From: an uncultured Gammaproteobacteria bacterium
Lineage (GTDB): Bacteria > Patescibacteriota > Patescibacteriia > SG8-24
Assembly: GCA_964491475.1 (NCBI GenBank)
Contig: CAZBFO010000003.1
Coordinates: forward strand, 136,766 to 200,765
Length of the DNA: 64,000 nt
Direction of reading: 5' to 3'
Shown here one piece after another: positions 55,342 through 64,000 of the stretch. Below the pieces are notes generated by a model that searched no databases, was not told the DNA's origin, and saw nothing but the letters and a program-made list of their open reading frames with translations. How positions within the stretch are numbered: position 1 is the first letter of the stretch; the number at the start of each line of letters is the position of its first letter. A program made the translations under genes and the position numbers.

Positions 55342-56235
55342 ATGTCCAAGAGTTTCGCCAAGGATATCGCCGACGCGGCAGTCGTCGCGATCGGCGTGGT
55401 ACGCCACGTCATGGAGTACATTCGCCGCGAACGGTTCACGTTCGTGCGCGAGGACAAGGGAGGGCTTGACGGAGGCACCGATATCGTCACCAACGTCGAC
55501 AAGCAGGCGCAGCGGATCTACGTCGAGCGCCTTTCTGCACTGTTCCCGACCTTCGGCTTCATCGGCGAGGAGGACGAGTTGAATCGGAAGTGCCGGTACA
55601 AGGGCAACGACGCCTATTGGGTCGTTGACCCCATCGACGGTACCGAAGCCTTCAGCCGCAAGCAATCGCACGGCATCGGCACGATGCTCGCGCTGGTGGC
55701 CAACGGCAAGGTCGCGGCCTCGTTCATCGGCGACGTCTGCACCGACGAGCTGTACGCCTATGGCCCGGAGGACTCCGGCGCCTGGCGTTTCGACGGGACC
55801 GGCCTGATGATTCCGCTGGAACCCGTTGCGGACAAGGCCCTGGTCGAGCAGTTCGTGCTGCTGGGGCAGCGCCCCGAGACCTACTCGTCGACGATGCAGC
55901 GGCTGATCGACTTCTCGACGCGCAAGGGGCTGTTCAAGGACATCGAGATCGACAAGGGCAGTATCGGCATCCGCATGGCGCGCCTGTGGAAGGGCGAGGT
56001 CGGCGGGCAGGTGTTCCGGTCGGACAGCTACGAGACTCCCTGGGACAACACCCCGCTGATCGGCTTCTGCAAGCAGCTGGGCTTCGTCTTCCTCCGGCAG
56101 GACGGTTCGCGGCGCTACGTGGAGTTCGAGCCGCGGCTGCTCAAGTCACCCAGGAAGGTTCCTTACGAGACCCTCATCATCCACCAGTCCCGCCTCGGCG
56201 ACCTCCGCCAGTGGGAACAGAAGTTGCGCGGCTAG
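55342..56235 (+). CDS. inositol monophosphatase family protein (SuhB/CysQ-like)
   Basis: RBS aaaggaaacgacATG. Li-sensitive phosphatase motifs GEEDE and WVVDPIDGT. Confidence 0.85.
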   Translation: MSKSFAKDIADAAVVAIGVVRHVMEYIRRERFTFVREDKGGLDGGTDIVTNVDKQAQRIYVERLSALFPTFGFIGEEDELNRKCRYKGNDAYWVVDPIDGTEAFSRKQSHGIGTMLALVANGKVAASFIGDVCTDELYAYGPEDSGAWRFDGTGLMIPLEPVADKALVEQFVLLGQRPETYSSTMQRLIDFSTRKGLFKDIEIDKGSIGIRMARLWKGEVGGQVFRSDSYETPWDNTPLIGFCKQLGFVFLRQDGSRRYVEFEPRLLKSPRKVPYETLIIHQSRLGDLRQWEQKLRG

Positions 56236-56337
56236 CCGCGTTCGCTCCGTGACATCCGTCGCGGAGCCTTTTCTTTTTGCCAGGAACGCGGGTATCCTGA
56301 CAGCAGCTCATTCTCTCGCAAGGAAAAGAGGCATGGC

Positions 56338-56997
56338 ATGCGATTCGCCATCCTTCGTGTTTTGGCCCTGCTCGCCTTGGCGCTGCTGCCGTTCGTCGCC
56401 TGCAGCAACGTGCCGCCGCCGCGCTACGTCAATCCCCAGCACGGAAAGCCGACGACCGTGACCGTCTGGCTCGACCCCAGGACGGGTCTTCCGCCGCAGG
56501 ACACTTTGGCCGGCTGCAACTACTGGAACGAGACGGACGTCCGCTGCGTCCTGACGCACAACGTCGTCGAGTCGGACGTCGCCATCATCGCCGACGATCA
56601 CCCCTGCTCGCCCAACGAGAAGGGCTCGTATGACATCGCCTTCGCCAGTCCGGCGCGGGTCATATCGGTGCGGATCGACTGTTTCTACGACACCTCGCGC
56701 GTTGCAGGCTTCGATGCCGAGGAGTACCGATCGGTGATCGCCCACGAAGTGGGCCATGAGATCGGCATCTGGGACCACGTGCCGCATTCATGCGAAAAGC
56801 CCGAAGAGAAGGCCAAGCCTCCGGCTTCGCGCCTCTGCGGCGACGCCATCATGAACCCGTCGTACGATCCCCGGGTGTCGTACCTGACGCCGGCCGACGC
56901 CGTAGCCTTCGCCCGGCGTGACCGCCACTATACGGTGGTGCCGCCGCGAGCCGGCATCGAGAATCGCGCCTGCGTGATCTCCACCCCGAAAAAGTGA
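56338..56997 (+). CDS. lipoprotein zinc metalloprotease, metzincin-like
   Basis: Signal peptide plus lipobox LLPFVAC. The zinc motif HEVGHEIGIWDH is HExxHxxGxx(D)H. Several Cys suggest disulfides. Confidence 0.55.
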   Translation: MRFAILRVLALLALALLPFVACSNVPPPRYVNPQHGKPTTVTVWLDPRTGLPPQDTLAGCNYWNETDVRCVLTHNVVESDVAIIADDHPCSPNEKGSYDIAFASPARVISVRIDCFYDTSRVAGFDAEEYRSVIAHEVGHEIGIWDHVPHSCEKPEEKAKPPASRLCGDAIMNPSYDPRVSYLTPADAVAFARRDRHYTVVPPRAGIENRACVISTPKK

Positions 56998-56998
56998 A

Positions 56999-57023
56999 TC
57001 TCTCCGCTCGGAGGGATTTTTTT
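56999..57023 (+). terminator. weak hairpin plus T7 run after the metalloprotease gene
   Basis: ctcc gctc ggag followed by ggatttttttg. Confidence 0.4.
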
Positions 57024-57054
57024 GCGCCTGCGGGCGTAAAAAAAGTCGCCCCCT

Positions 57055-57666
57055 TCATGGAGACGACGGCCGTTTCTTGCCGAAGCGGGCGAGCAGGCCG
57101 ACTCCGGAATGGGTGATGCCGCAGCTGATCGGATAGACCAGGTCGGGCCAGTGGCCGTGCCAGCGGAGCAGCACCGTGGCCAGGATGAAGACGTAGACGG
57201 AACCCCACAGCAGCCAGGCGGTCGGTTTTTCCGAATTCGGGTCGGCCAACACTCTGCGATAGGTGGGGATCATCGAGATGGCGATGGCCACTTGCATGAT
57301 CAGGTTGGCCAGCGTGGCGTTGCGCCAGTGCCACCATACGCCCGCCGTCGAGAGGCCAGCGATGAACAGGAAGACGTCCAGCCTGTCAAAACGGGCGGTG
57401 CTCTTTCTGGCGAGCGCCAGGCAGAACACCACCGTGCAGGCCGCCGCGCCCGCGAACGAGGCGAAGGCCTTGGGCGCGTCGCCGCTCATGATCAGGTAGC
57501 TGCTGGCGTTGAGCCAGGTCAGGATCACCCACAGGCCCCAGGTGGCCGGGTTCAGGGGCTGCTGGCCGTTCCAGATGGCGCGGCCGTAAATGACGTAGCC
57601 GGTCAGCTTGATGACCGCCGCGGTGATGCCGCAGAGCATGCCGGCCGTTTCCAAAACAGGGGACAT
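57055..57666 (-). CDS. integral membrane protein (hypothetical)
   Basis: The ATG at 57666 (MSPVLETAGML...) has RBS aaaggagg. Six predicted TM helices. The ORF-track upstream extension is not supported. Confidence 0.55.
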   Translation of the reverse strand: MSPVLETAGMLCGITAAVIKLTGYVIYGRAIWNGQQPLNPATWGLWVILTWLNASSYLIMSGDAPKAFASFAGAAACTVVFCLALARKSTARFDRLDVFLFIAGLSTAGVWWHWRNATLANLIMQVAIAISMIPTYRRVLADPNSEKPTAWLLWGSVYVFILATVLLRWHGHWPDLVYPISCGITHSGVGLLARFGKKRPSSP

Positions 57667-57822
57667 CGTGCCTCCTTTGCAGGCAGTCGTCCGCATCGAA
57701 TGAGCTGCAGTCGGTGTAGCGCATGGGGGAGATTCTGTCCATGCGCGGCCCGGCGGCGACCGTTGACCGCCGCAGTGAAACGTGGCAAGCTGCCTGCGGC
57801 TCATTCAAAAGGAGGACCAGGA

Positions 57823-58530
57823 ATGCAAGCCCATGAACGCATCATCGTCGCGTTGGACGTCGACAGCCTCGACGCCGCCAAACGGCACATCGAGGCGCTG
57901 GCGCCCCACGTCGGTTACTTCAAAGTCGGGCTCGAGCTGATCACTGCGGTCGGCGGTCCGGCGGCCGTTGCTGCCGTCAGGGCCGCGGGCGGCAGGGTGA
58001 TGTACGACGCCAAGTTCCACGACATTCCCGCCACCATGGCGGGCGCGGCACGCTCGGCGGTCAAGGCGCAGCAGGTGGATTTCTTCACCGTCCACGCCTC
58101 CGCCTCCAAGGCCGGCATGATCGCGGCCGTCGACGCCGTCGGCGGCGAGAAGGTCATCGGCGTCACCGTGCTGACCAGCCTGACCGACGGGCAGTGCATG
58201 GAAGTGTACGGCACCAAGGTCGACACCGCCGTGCTGCAGTTCGCATACTCCATGGTCGAGGCGGGCGTGCATTGGATCGTCTGCTCTCCCAAGGAACTTG
58301 GCGCGCTTGCCAAGGCGGGACTGCCTCTCAAGCCGATTACGCCCGGCGTCCGTCCGGTTTGGGCCGATGCCAACGATCAGAAGCGGGTGATGACGCCGGC
58401 GGAGGCCGTGAAGGGCGGCGCGCAGATGCTGGTCATCGGCCGTCCCATTCTCAAGCCGCCCTCCTCGCTCGGTTCGCCGGTCGAGGCGGCCAAACGGATC
58501 GCGGACGAGATCGCGGGAGCGCTGCAATGA
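57823..58530 (+). CDS. pyrF: orotidine 5-prime-phosphate decarboxylase
   Basis: RBS aaaggagga. IIVALDV, the catalytic region YDAKFHDIPATM (DxKxxDIPxT), and a C-terminal GRPI loop. Confidence 0.9.
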   Translation: MQAHERIIVALDVDSLDAAKRHIEALAPHVGYFKVGLELITAVGGPAAVAAVRAAGGRVMYDAKFHDIPATMAGAARSAVKAQQVDFFTVHASASKAGMIAAVDAVGGEKVIGVTVLTSLTDGQCMEVYGTKVDTAVLQFAYSMVEAGVHWIVCSPKELGALAKAGLPLKPITPGVRPVWADANDQKRVMTPAEAVKGGAQMLVIGRPILKPPSSLGSPVEAAKRIADEIAGALQ

Positions 58531-59192
58531 GCTTCGAGTCGTTTGCCGCCTACGAGGCCGGCAGGCTGCTCAAGGAGTGCGGTGCGATCATTCGTGATGA
58601 CCATTTCGTCTACGCTTCGGGCCGGCACGGTTCGGCGTACGTGGACAAGAAACTGGTTCTTGACGACCGCGAAGCGCTCGGCGAGCTTTGCCACCTGATC
58701 GCCTGCAGCTTTTCCGACGCTGACTACGCCGTCGTGGTCGGTCCGGAGAGCGGCGGCATCAAGATCGCCGACGGCGTGGCTGCCTGCCTACGCCGCGGCT
58801 ACGGCGGCAGGAAACGTGCGGCGTTCTCGGTGCACGCCAAGAAGACGCCGGACGGCGGGTTCGCCTTCGATGCCGAGTCGCGCTCCGTGGTCTATGCCCG
58901 GAACGTGCTGGTGGTCGAGGACGTGCTCACCACCGGCGGCAGCTGCCGCAAGACGGTGGAGCTGGTCCGCGCTGCCGGCGGCAATGTGGTCGGCGTCGGC
59001 GCCTTCGTGAACCGCGGACACGTGGACGCGAACGCCGTCGGCGGCGCGCTGCGGCTGGTGACGCTGGTGGACCTGCCGCTGGCATCATGGGCCGAGGAAG
59101 AGTGTCCGCTTTGCGCTTCGGGCGTGCCCGTGCGTGCGGACCTCGGCAAGGGACAGGCCTTTCTGGACAGGAAGCGCCTGCAGGAGAAGTGA
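58527..59192 (+). CDS. pyrE: orotate phosphoribosyltransferase
   Basis: ATGA overlap with the pyrF stop. Type I PRTase PRPP-binding motif VLVVEDVLTTGGS. Confidence 0.85.
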   Translation: MSFESFAAYEAGRLLKECGAIIRDDHFVYASGRHGSAYVDKKLVLDDREALGELCHLIACSFSDADYAVVVGPESGGIKIADGVAACLRRGYGGRKRAAFSVHAKKTPDGGFAFDAESRSVVYARNVLVVEDVLTTGGSCRKTVELVRAAGGNVVGVGAFVNRGHVDANAVGGALRLVTLVDLPLASWAEEECPLCASGVPVRADLGKGQAFLDRKRLQEK

Positions 59193-59317
59193 CCGCTTGA
59201 CCGTTCCTGATCAGGAACGGTTTTTCTTTTCTTTTTTTTGGGCCGCGATTGACCTCGCGCGTCGGCGCGTGATACAACGATGCCGAGCTCTTTCAAGAAA
59301 GGTTTACGGAGGCCCAC

Positions 59318-60031
59318 ATGGACCAACTTGTCCAGGCATTGCAGGGCTTCGGCCTGCTGATGCTGCTGCTGTTCGGCATCGCGCTGGTGCACCTGTTCGT
59401 CAACGCCTTGAGCGGACCGACCGCGCAGGAACACCGTCGGCCGGCGGGGTCGTACCTGCCGCTCGACGAGCTGGTGGCGATGATCTGCGGCAGGAACGGC
59501 AAAGGCTGCGCCCGCATCCTGGCCGACAACCGTCGGCTGTTCGAGACCGTTCAGGGATCGACCAACAACCACCAGGACTGGCCGGGCGGTTACGTCGACC
59601 ACGTCACCGACGGCATGAACGTGGCGGTGGTGCTCTACGCGGCGCTGTCCGCCAAGCGGCCGCTGCCGTTCACGCTCTCCGACGCCCTGCTGGTGTTCTT
59701 CCTCCACGACATCGAAAAGCCGTGGAAGTACCAAGTCGGCGAAGACGGCGAGCTGCACCATCGGCCGGAATTCAAGACCAAGGAGGACGCGCACGCCTTC
59801 CGCGCCCTCAAGTTGCGCGAGTACGGCATCGCATTGAGCGACGACCAGCAGAACGGCCTGCACTACGTCGAGGGCGAGCTGGACGACTACTCCAGCCGCC
59901 GCCGCGTGATGGGACCGCTGGCCGCCTTCTGCCACCTGTGCGACGTCACCAGCGCTCGCATCTGGTTTGACCGCCCGATTTCGGACGGCGATCCGTGGCC
60001 GGGAGCCGGGCGATTCCGCACGCGCCCTTAA
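59318..60031 (+). CDS. hypothetical protein with a possible HD-type phosphohydrolase motif and an N-terminal TM helix
   Basis: H...HD...D-like pattern (HQDWPGGYVDHVTDG ... FFLHDIEK). TM segment GFGLLMLLLFGIALVHLFV. Confidence 0.4.
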   Translation: MDQLVQALQGFGLLMLLLFGIALVHLFVNALSGPTAQEHRRPAGSYLPLDELVAMICGRNGKGCARILADNRRLFETVQGSTNNHQDWPGGYVDHVTDGMNVAVVLYAALSAKRPLPFTLSDALLVFFLHDIEKPWKYQVGEDGELHHRPEFKTKEDAHAFRALKLREYGIALSDDQQNGLHYVEGELDDYSSRRRVMGPLAAFCHLCDVTSARIWFDRPISDGDPWPGAGRFRTRP

Positions 60032-60118
60032 ACGAAAGGACCCTCACTGGGGGTCCTTTTTTTTCGGCTGGATGTCTTTCGCTCCGCCATTGCCGGTTCG
60101 GCGGCCGGCCCGTCGCCC

Positions 60119-61486
60119 TCACCATCCGAACAGCTTACCGACGTCCTCGGCGGTCTCGCGCTTGCGGCCGACGGTCACGTCGCCGTCCTTGCAGACGATC
60201 TTGGCCGGACGGGACAGCAGGCAGTGGTGGCTGGAAAGCGCGTCCTGATAGGCGCCGGTGTCGAGCACGGCCACCAGCGGGCGGTCGCCCTCCTCGATCT
60301 TGGGCAGTTGGACGCCGGTGCCGCCGGCGGTGTACTTGTCGTCGGAATCGCAGCTGGAACCGGCCAGCCAGACCTTCTGTACGCGACGCGTGTCCATGCC
60401 GGTGGCCGGAATGACGTGCCAGCGCTGGTGGATCGCCCAGGTGTCGACCAGGTCGTTCATGAAGCTGCCGTCGATGGTGTACCAGCGCTTGGCGTAGCCC
60501 TCCTGTACCGGCTTCTCGGCGATGACCGAGTAAACGGAAATTTGCGCGGGCGCGGCCACGTGGCGCCCCCACTCGCAGATGATGTTCGGCTCGCGCACGT
60601 TCAGCTTGACGCAGGCGCTCTTGAACGTCTTGACGATGCGCTGCACCGCCGCCTTGGTGGAGTAGAAGCGCTTTTTTTCGTAGGGCACTCCGCCCCCTCC
60701 GCCGATGTTGATGGTGTCGAGGTTGGGATTCTTCTCGCGCAGCTTGGCGTAGAGCATCACCGCGCGCTTGATCGGGTCGGTGAAGCCGTCCATGTTCTCG
60801 ATCTGGCTGGAGATATGGTAGGAGAGCACCGCCAGGTTGCGTATCTTGCCCATGCCCATCAGGTCGTCCTCGCGGATGCCGAAGACGTTGAACTTCTTGT
60901 CCCAGTGCGACTTCACGCGCAGGTTCATGTCGACGCGCACGCCGACCTCTCCCTTGTAGCGCTTGAAGAAGTCGAACTCCGAAGCTTCCTCGATGATCGG
61001 GGTGATCATCAGCCCCTTGCGGTCGAGCTCGTCGATGAGGGTGAGGTACTTTTCGGTCTTGGGGCCGTTGCAGAGCACGCGGGTGCGGTCGGCGAACTTT
61101 TCCTGCTCCCACAGCTTCTTCACGATCCACAGCTCGTTGGCCGAGGAGGTTTCCAGGTTGGCGCCTTCGGAGATGAGCGAGAGCACGAACTCCTTGCTCT
61201 GGTTGACCTTCATCGGGTAGTGGTAGAGGAACCGCCCGCGGTAGTCGTTCAGCTTGATGTAGGCGTTGAAAATTTCGATCAGGTTGCGCACGCGGCGTTC
61301 GATGATGTGCGGGAAAACCAGCTCCAGCGGCGATCCGTACTTTTTTACCAGCTCGGCGACGTTGTACTGGTAGAACCCTTCCTTCACCAGCAGGTCGCCT
61401 TTCTTGGAGACGTCGAACCACTGGGTGTTGAATTCCTCCTTGCCCAGTTTCCAGAATTGCTTGAACCCGTTGCGTTTTTTCTTCAT
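60119..61486 (-). CDS. PLP-dependent Orn/Lys/Arg/DAP decarboxylase family enzyme (fold type III)
   Basis: PLP-Lys region YHYPMKVNQSK, glycine-rich loop IGGGGGVPY, substrate-site CDSDDKY, and VLDTGAY. It has an unusual Lys/Phe/Tyr/Asn-rich composition compared with its neighbours. Confidence 0.65.
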   Translation of the reverse strand: MKKKRNGFKQFWKLGKEEFNTQWFDVSKKGDLLVKEGFYQYNVAELVKKYGSPLELVFPHIIERRVRNLIEIFNAYIKLNDYRGRFLYHYPMKVNQSKEFVLSLISEGANLETSSANELWIVKKLWEQEKFADRTRVLCNGPKTEKYLTLIDELDRKGLMITPIIEEASEFDFFKRYKGEVGVRVDMNLRVKSHWDKKFNVFGIREDDLMGMGKIRNLAVLSYHISSQIENMDGFTDPIKRAVMLYAKLREKNPNLDTINIGGGGGVPYEKKRFYSTKAAVQRIVKTFKSACVKLNVREPNIICEWGRHVAAPAQISVYSVIAEKPVQEGYAKRWYTIDGSFMNDLVDTWAIHQRWHVIPATGMDTRRVQKVWLAGSSCDSDDKYTAGGTGVQLPKIEEGDRPLVAVLDTGAYQDALSSHHCLLSRPAKIVCKDGDVTVGRKRETAEDVGKLFGW

Positions 61487-61752
61487 AGGAAAACAAAACG
61501 AACGTCCCTCAAGGGCGTTCGTCCACCAAAAAACAAACCGAAGGCATTGCGCCGCGACGCTCGTAACACGTGATGGGGAAGTCGTCTTTGTTGCTCATCA
61601 CCGTCATGCGGAGTGTGTCCGCTGTGACTATAGCATGCGCCGTTTTAGGGGCACAATATGCCGCACTATTGCAGGACCGTCAAGGGGAAAACACGGTAAG
61701 GCGGCTTGCCGGGCATTTTTTATTTTTGCCTCGCGCGGTACGATGACCGCGT

Positions 61753-62061
61753 ATGAAGACGAAACGCTGGCACGTCTACCTGCTCCGGTGCGCCGACGGC
61801 ACCCTGTATTGCGGCGTCACCAACGACCTGCCGCGTCGGCTCGCCGCGCATCTTGCAGGCAAGGGCGCCAAGTACACCAGGCCGCGCAGGCCGGTGAAAC
61901 TGGCGTGGAGCGTGCGGGTTCGGGACAAGTCGGCCGCGCTGAAGCGGGAGCATGCGGTGAAAGCCTTAAGCCGAGGGCAGAAGTTGCGTCTGATATCCGT
62001 GCGATCGACGGCCTCAGCCTCAGGCAAAAGAAAAGCGCGGACCAGGAAGGTCCGCGCGTGA
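61753..62061 (+). CDS. GIY-YIG nuclease superfamily protein (UPF0213/YhbQ-like)
   Basis: WHVYLLRCADGTLYCGVTNDLPRRLAAHLAGKGAKYT matches the GIY-YIG motif, with R and E (KREHAVK) downstream. Confidence 0.75.
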   Translation: MKTKRWHVYLLRCADGTLYCGVTNDLPRRLAAHLAGKGAKYTRPRRPVKLAWSVRVRDKSAALKREHAVKALSRGQKLRLISVRSTASASGKRKARTRKVRA

Positions 62062-62064
62062 TTG

Positions 62065-63090
62065 TCAGCCGGCCACCCGCCAGGGGATCGTACGACCTGC
62101 AAGGAACGGCACGACGCCGTATTCGCATTCCGTCGGCACTTCCGTGGGGAGGCGTTCGAGCGTCACTTTGCTTTTGTTGCGGGGCAGCCCGTAATGGTCT
62201 GCGCCTGCGGCAGAGGTGAAGTACTCCAACCAGAGGGATCCGCCGTCGAGCGCGCCTTGCCGTTCGAAAATGTCCGTCAGCGCGGCATGCGCCAGGAACG
62301 AGGTGTAGACGCCGGCGCAACCGCTGGCGCATTCCTTGCGACCGCGGAGGTGCGGCGCCGAGTCCGTGCCGAGAAAGAACTTTCGACTGCCGGACATCGC
62401 CGCGCCAAGCAGCGCTGCGCGATCTTCGCGCGTCTTTGCGATCGGCTTGCAGAAATGGTGCGGCTGCAGCATGCCGCCGACGACGTCGTCGAGCGTCAGC
62501 AGCAGGTGATGGACGGTGATGGTCGCGGCGACGTTGTCCGGGGCGGCCAGCACGAACCGTACGGCATCGGCGCAAGAGACGTGCTCTAGCACGATCTTGA
62601 GCTTGGGGAAGTCACGTGCGATTTCGCCGAGCGTCGGCAGAAAAGCGCGCTCGCGGTCCAGGCAGAACGCGCCGGGCAGCTCGCCGTGGAGGCAGAGCAC
62701 CATTTCGCAATCCCGCATCGTCTCGAATACGGGATACAGCCTGCGAATGTCGGTCACGCCGTCTGCGGAGTTGGTGGTCACTCCTTCGGGGTACAGTTTG
62801 CCTGCCACGGCTCCCGCCTTCTTGGCGCGCAGCAACTGCTCCGGCTGCGTCGCTTCGACCAGCTTGACGGTCATGAGCGGCTGGAAAGTCGTTCCCATGG
62901 GGACCGCCGCGAGGATTTGCGTCCGGTAGACTTCTACCTGCGCTTCGCTGCGTATCGGCTTTTCGGTGTTGGGCATGACCAGCGCGCGGGCAAAATGCCT
63001 CGCGGTCGCCGGCACGACGGACTTCAGCATGTCGTGCTCGCGAAAATGCACGTGGAAGTCGTCCCATCGTCGCATGGTGATCGTTCGCAT
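62065..63090 (-). CDS. pyrC: dihydroorotase (type II, E. coli-like)
   Basis: RBS aaaggagtaccgaaATG. WDDFHVHFRE (metal-binding HxH), KLVEAT, and downstream His/Asp ligands (VLCLHGE, GTDSAPH). Confidence 0.85.
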   Translation of the reverse strand: MRTITMRRWDDFHVHFREHDMLKSVVPATARHFARALVMPNTEKPIRSEAQVEVYRTQILAAVPMGTTFQPLMTVKLVEATQPEQLLRAKKAGAVAGKLYPEGVTTNSADGVTDIRRLYPVFETMRDCEMVLCLHGELPGAFCLDRERAFLPTLGEIARDFPKLKIVLEHVSCADAVRFVLAAPDNVAATITVHHLLLTLDDVVGGMLQPHHFCKPIAKTREDRAALLGAAMSGSRKFFLGTDSAPHLRGRKECASGCAGVYTSFLAHAALTDIFERQGALDGGSLWLEYFTSAAGADHYGLPRNKSKVTLERLPTEVPTECEYGVVPFLAGRTIPWRVAG

Positions 63091-63220
63091 TTCGGTACTC
63101 CTTTGCGGTCGTTCGGGGTCCGCATCAATTCGTGGACATGAGAAAGGACGGCGGGAACACGATAGCGGCCGACGGACCTTCCGTCAAAGCGAATCTTCGC
63201 GTCTTGTGTTTCCCAGATGA

Positions 63221-63253
63221 AACAAAAAAAACCTCCCGTAAAGGAGGCTTTTT
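63221..63253. terminator. bidirectional rho-independent terminator (A9-cctcc-cgtaaa-ggagg-T5)
   Basis: The stem is flanked by an A-run and a T-run. On the minus strand it reads gcctcc-tttacg-ggaggt followed by T8, directly after the helicase stop. Confidence 0.65.
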
Positions 63254-63256
63254 CCG

Positions 63257-64000
63257 TTAGCGCTTGCGGCGGAAGTCGCGATTGCGCGCGGGCTTCTTCT
63301 TGAGGTCGCCGGAGGCGTGGGGGCCGAAGAAGCCGACGCCGCCGTCCGCGCCGGCGTTGCCGATGATGTCGGACTCGCTCTTGGCGGGACGCTGCGAGGG
63401 GCTGTTCGGGGTGACGACGATCGGCTTGGGTGCCGGGCCGGACGGGGCCGTTCGCGGCTTGACCACCATCACGCCCGGGCGCTTGGGATCGGGCTTCACG
63501 TAGTTGCCGCCGTAGGGCTTGTTGCTGTGCGGGCGGGAACCGGCGTCGCGGCGGCCGAGCGCGTTGGTGCGATTGGTGCGGCCGTATCCGCGTTCGTTGT
63601 CGCGTTCCGTCGGGGGAAGCGAGCGGTGCGGGGGGAGGTCGGCGGGGAGTTTGGTGATGGGAAGCTGGATGCGGGTGACGCGCTCGATGGAGCGGACCTC
63701 GTCGCCCTGGTCGGGCATGGCGAAGGTGATGGCATGGCCCGTCAGGCCGGCGCGGCCGGTGCGGCCGATGCGGTGGACGTAGTCTTCCGGATTTTCCGGA
63801 ACGTCATAGTTGATGACGGCGGCGATGCCGGAGACGTCGATGCCGCGGGCGGCGATGTCGGTGGCCACCAGCACGCGGTATTTGCCAGACTTGAATCCGT
63901 CGAGCGCCTCGCGGCGCTGGGCCAGCGAGCGGTTCGAGTGGATTTCGGCGGCGCTGTGGCCCATCGACTTCACGGCGCGCATGATCTTCTTGGCGCCGAA
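63257..64000 (-). CDS. DEAD-box RNA helicase, C-terminal part (N-terminus lies beyond window end)
   Basis: The coding frame is open to the window edge. It shows the RecA-2 domain motifs VLVATDIAARGIDV (motif V) and HRIGRTGRAG (motif VI), followed by a basic Gly/Arg/Pro-rich tail. Confidence 0.8.
   Translation of the reverse strand, partial: FGAKKIMRAVKSMGHSAAEIHSNRSLAQRREALDGFKSGKYRVLVATDIAARGIDVSGIAAVINYDVPENPEDYVHRIGRTGRAGLTGHAITFAMPDQGDEVRSIERVTRIQLPITKLPADLPPHRSLPPTERDNERGYGRTNRTNALGRRDAGSRPHSNKPYGGNYVKPDPKRPGVMVVKPRTAPSGPAPKPIVVTPNSPSQRPAKSESDIIGNAGADGGVGFFGPHASGDLKKKPARNRDFRRKR

Noticed and set aside
57109-57822. N-terminal extension of the pyrF ORF
   Set aside because: It overlaps the minus-strand membrane-protein gene. 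The true pyrF start at 57823 has an aaaggagga RBS.
58892-59935. 347-aa minus-strand ORF overlapping pyrE and the HD-like gene
   Set aside because: Shadow ORF, Arg/Pro/Ala low complexity.
1-64000. Alternative genetic code (UGA or UAG reassignment)
   Set aside because: Housekeeping genes (murD, glyQS, frr, ung, pyrC and others) are intact under the standard code with canonical stops. The single in-frame TAG (23805) occurs in one duplicated gene only.

Overview
High-GC (about 65%) bacterial chromosomal segment, standard genetic code, with dense coding on both strands. Most long antisense ORFs are shadow ORFs caused by the high GC content. Recognisable housekeeping genes include murD, holB, frr, glyQS (alpha2-type GlyRS), tpiA, an M16 peptidase, ung, gpsA, pyrF-pyrE and pyrC, a DEAH helicase, two fused ABC exporters, an ABC-F ATPase, and an ABC-2 ATPase/permease pair. 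A tRNA/ribosomal-protein island carries tRNA-Thr(GGT), tRNA-Tyr(GTA), tRNA-Thr(TGT), rpmG, arfB and tRNA-Trp(CCA). It resembles the E. coli thrU-tyrU-glyT-thrT arrangement. A low-GC 155-aa LAGLIDADG-like ORF sits between the first two tRNAs and overlaps tRNA-Tyr. Several transcripts appear leaderless (holB, arfB, the M16 peptidase). The features I consider least explained by ordinary annotation are five. (1) A promoter-driven, terminator-bounded structured RNA of about 600 nt containing a tandem 177-nt duplication rich in UUCG hairpins. (2) A 1376-aa acidic, helical giant protein with a minimal nucleotidyltransferase motif near its C-terminus. (3) Two paralogous modules, each pairing a vWA (MIDAS) protein with a Hanks-type kinase or pseudokinase and a nucleotide-metabolising enzyme. 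One kinase is fused to a cytidylyltransferase-like HxGH domain and sits beside an atypical P1B ATPase. The other is a Zn-ribbon pseudokinase next to a vWA protein and a divergent PurA-like adenylosuccinate-synthetase paralog. This resembles the TerY-P triad but lacks PP2C and carries added nucleotide enzymes. It is my best candidate for an undescribed system. (4) A duplicated Trp-rich gene pair with duplicated 3-prime flanks, in which the second copy carries an in-frame TAG followed by a hairpin. (5) A probable frameshifted gene. All coordinates were derived by hand from the sequence. Nothing was run against databases.
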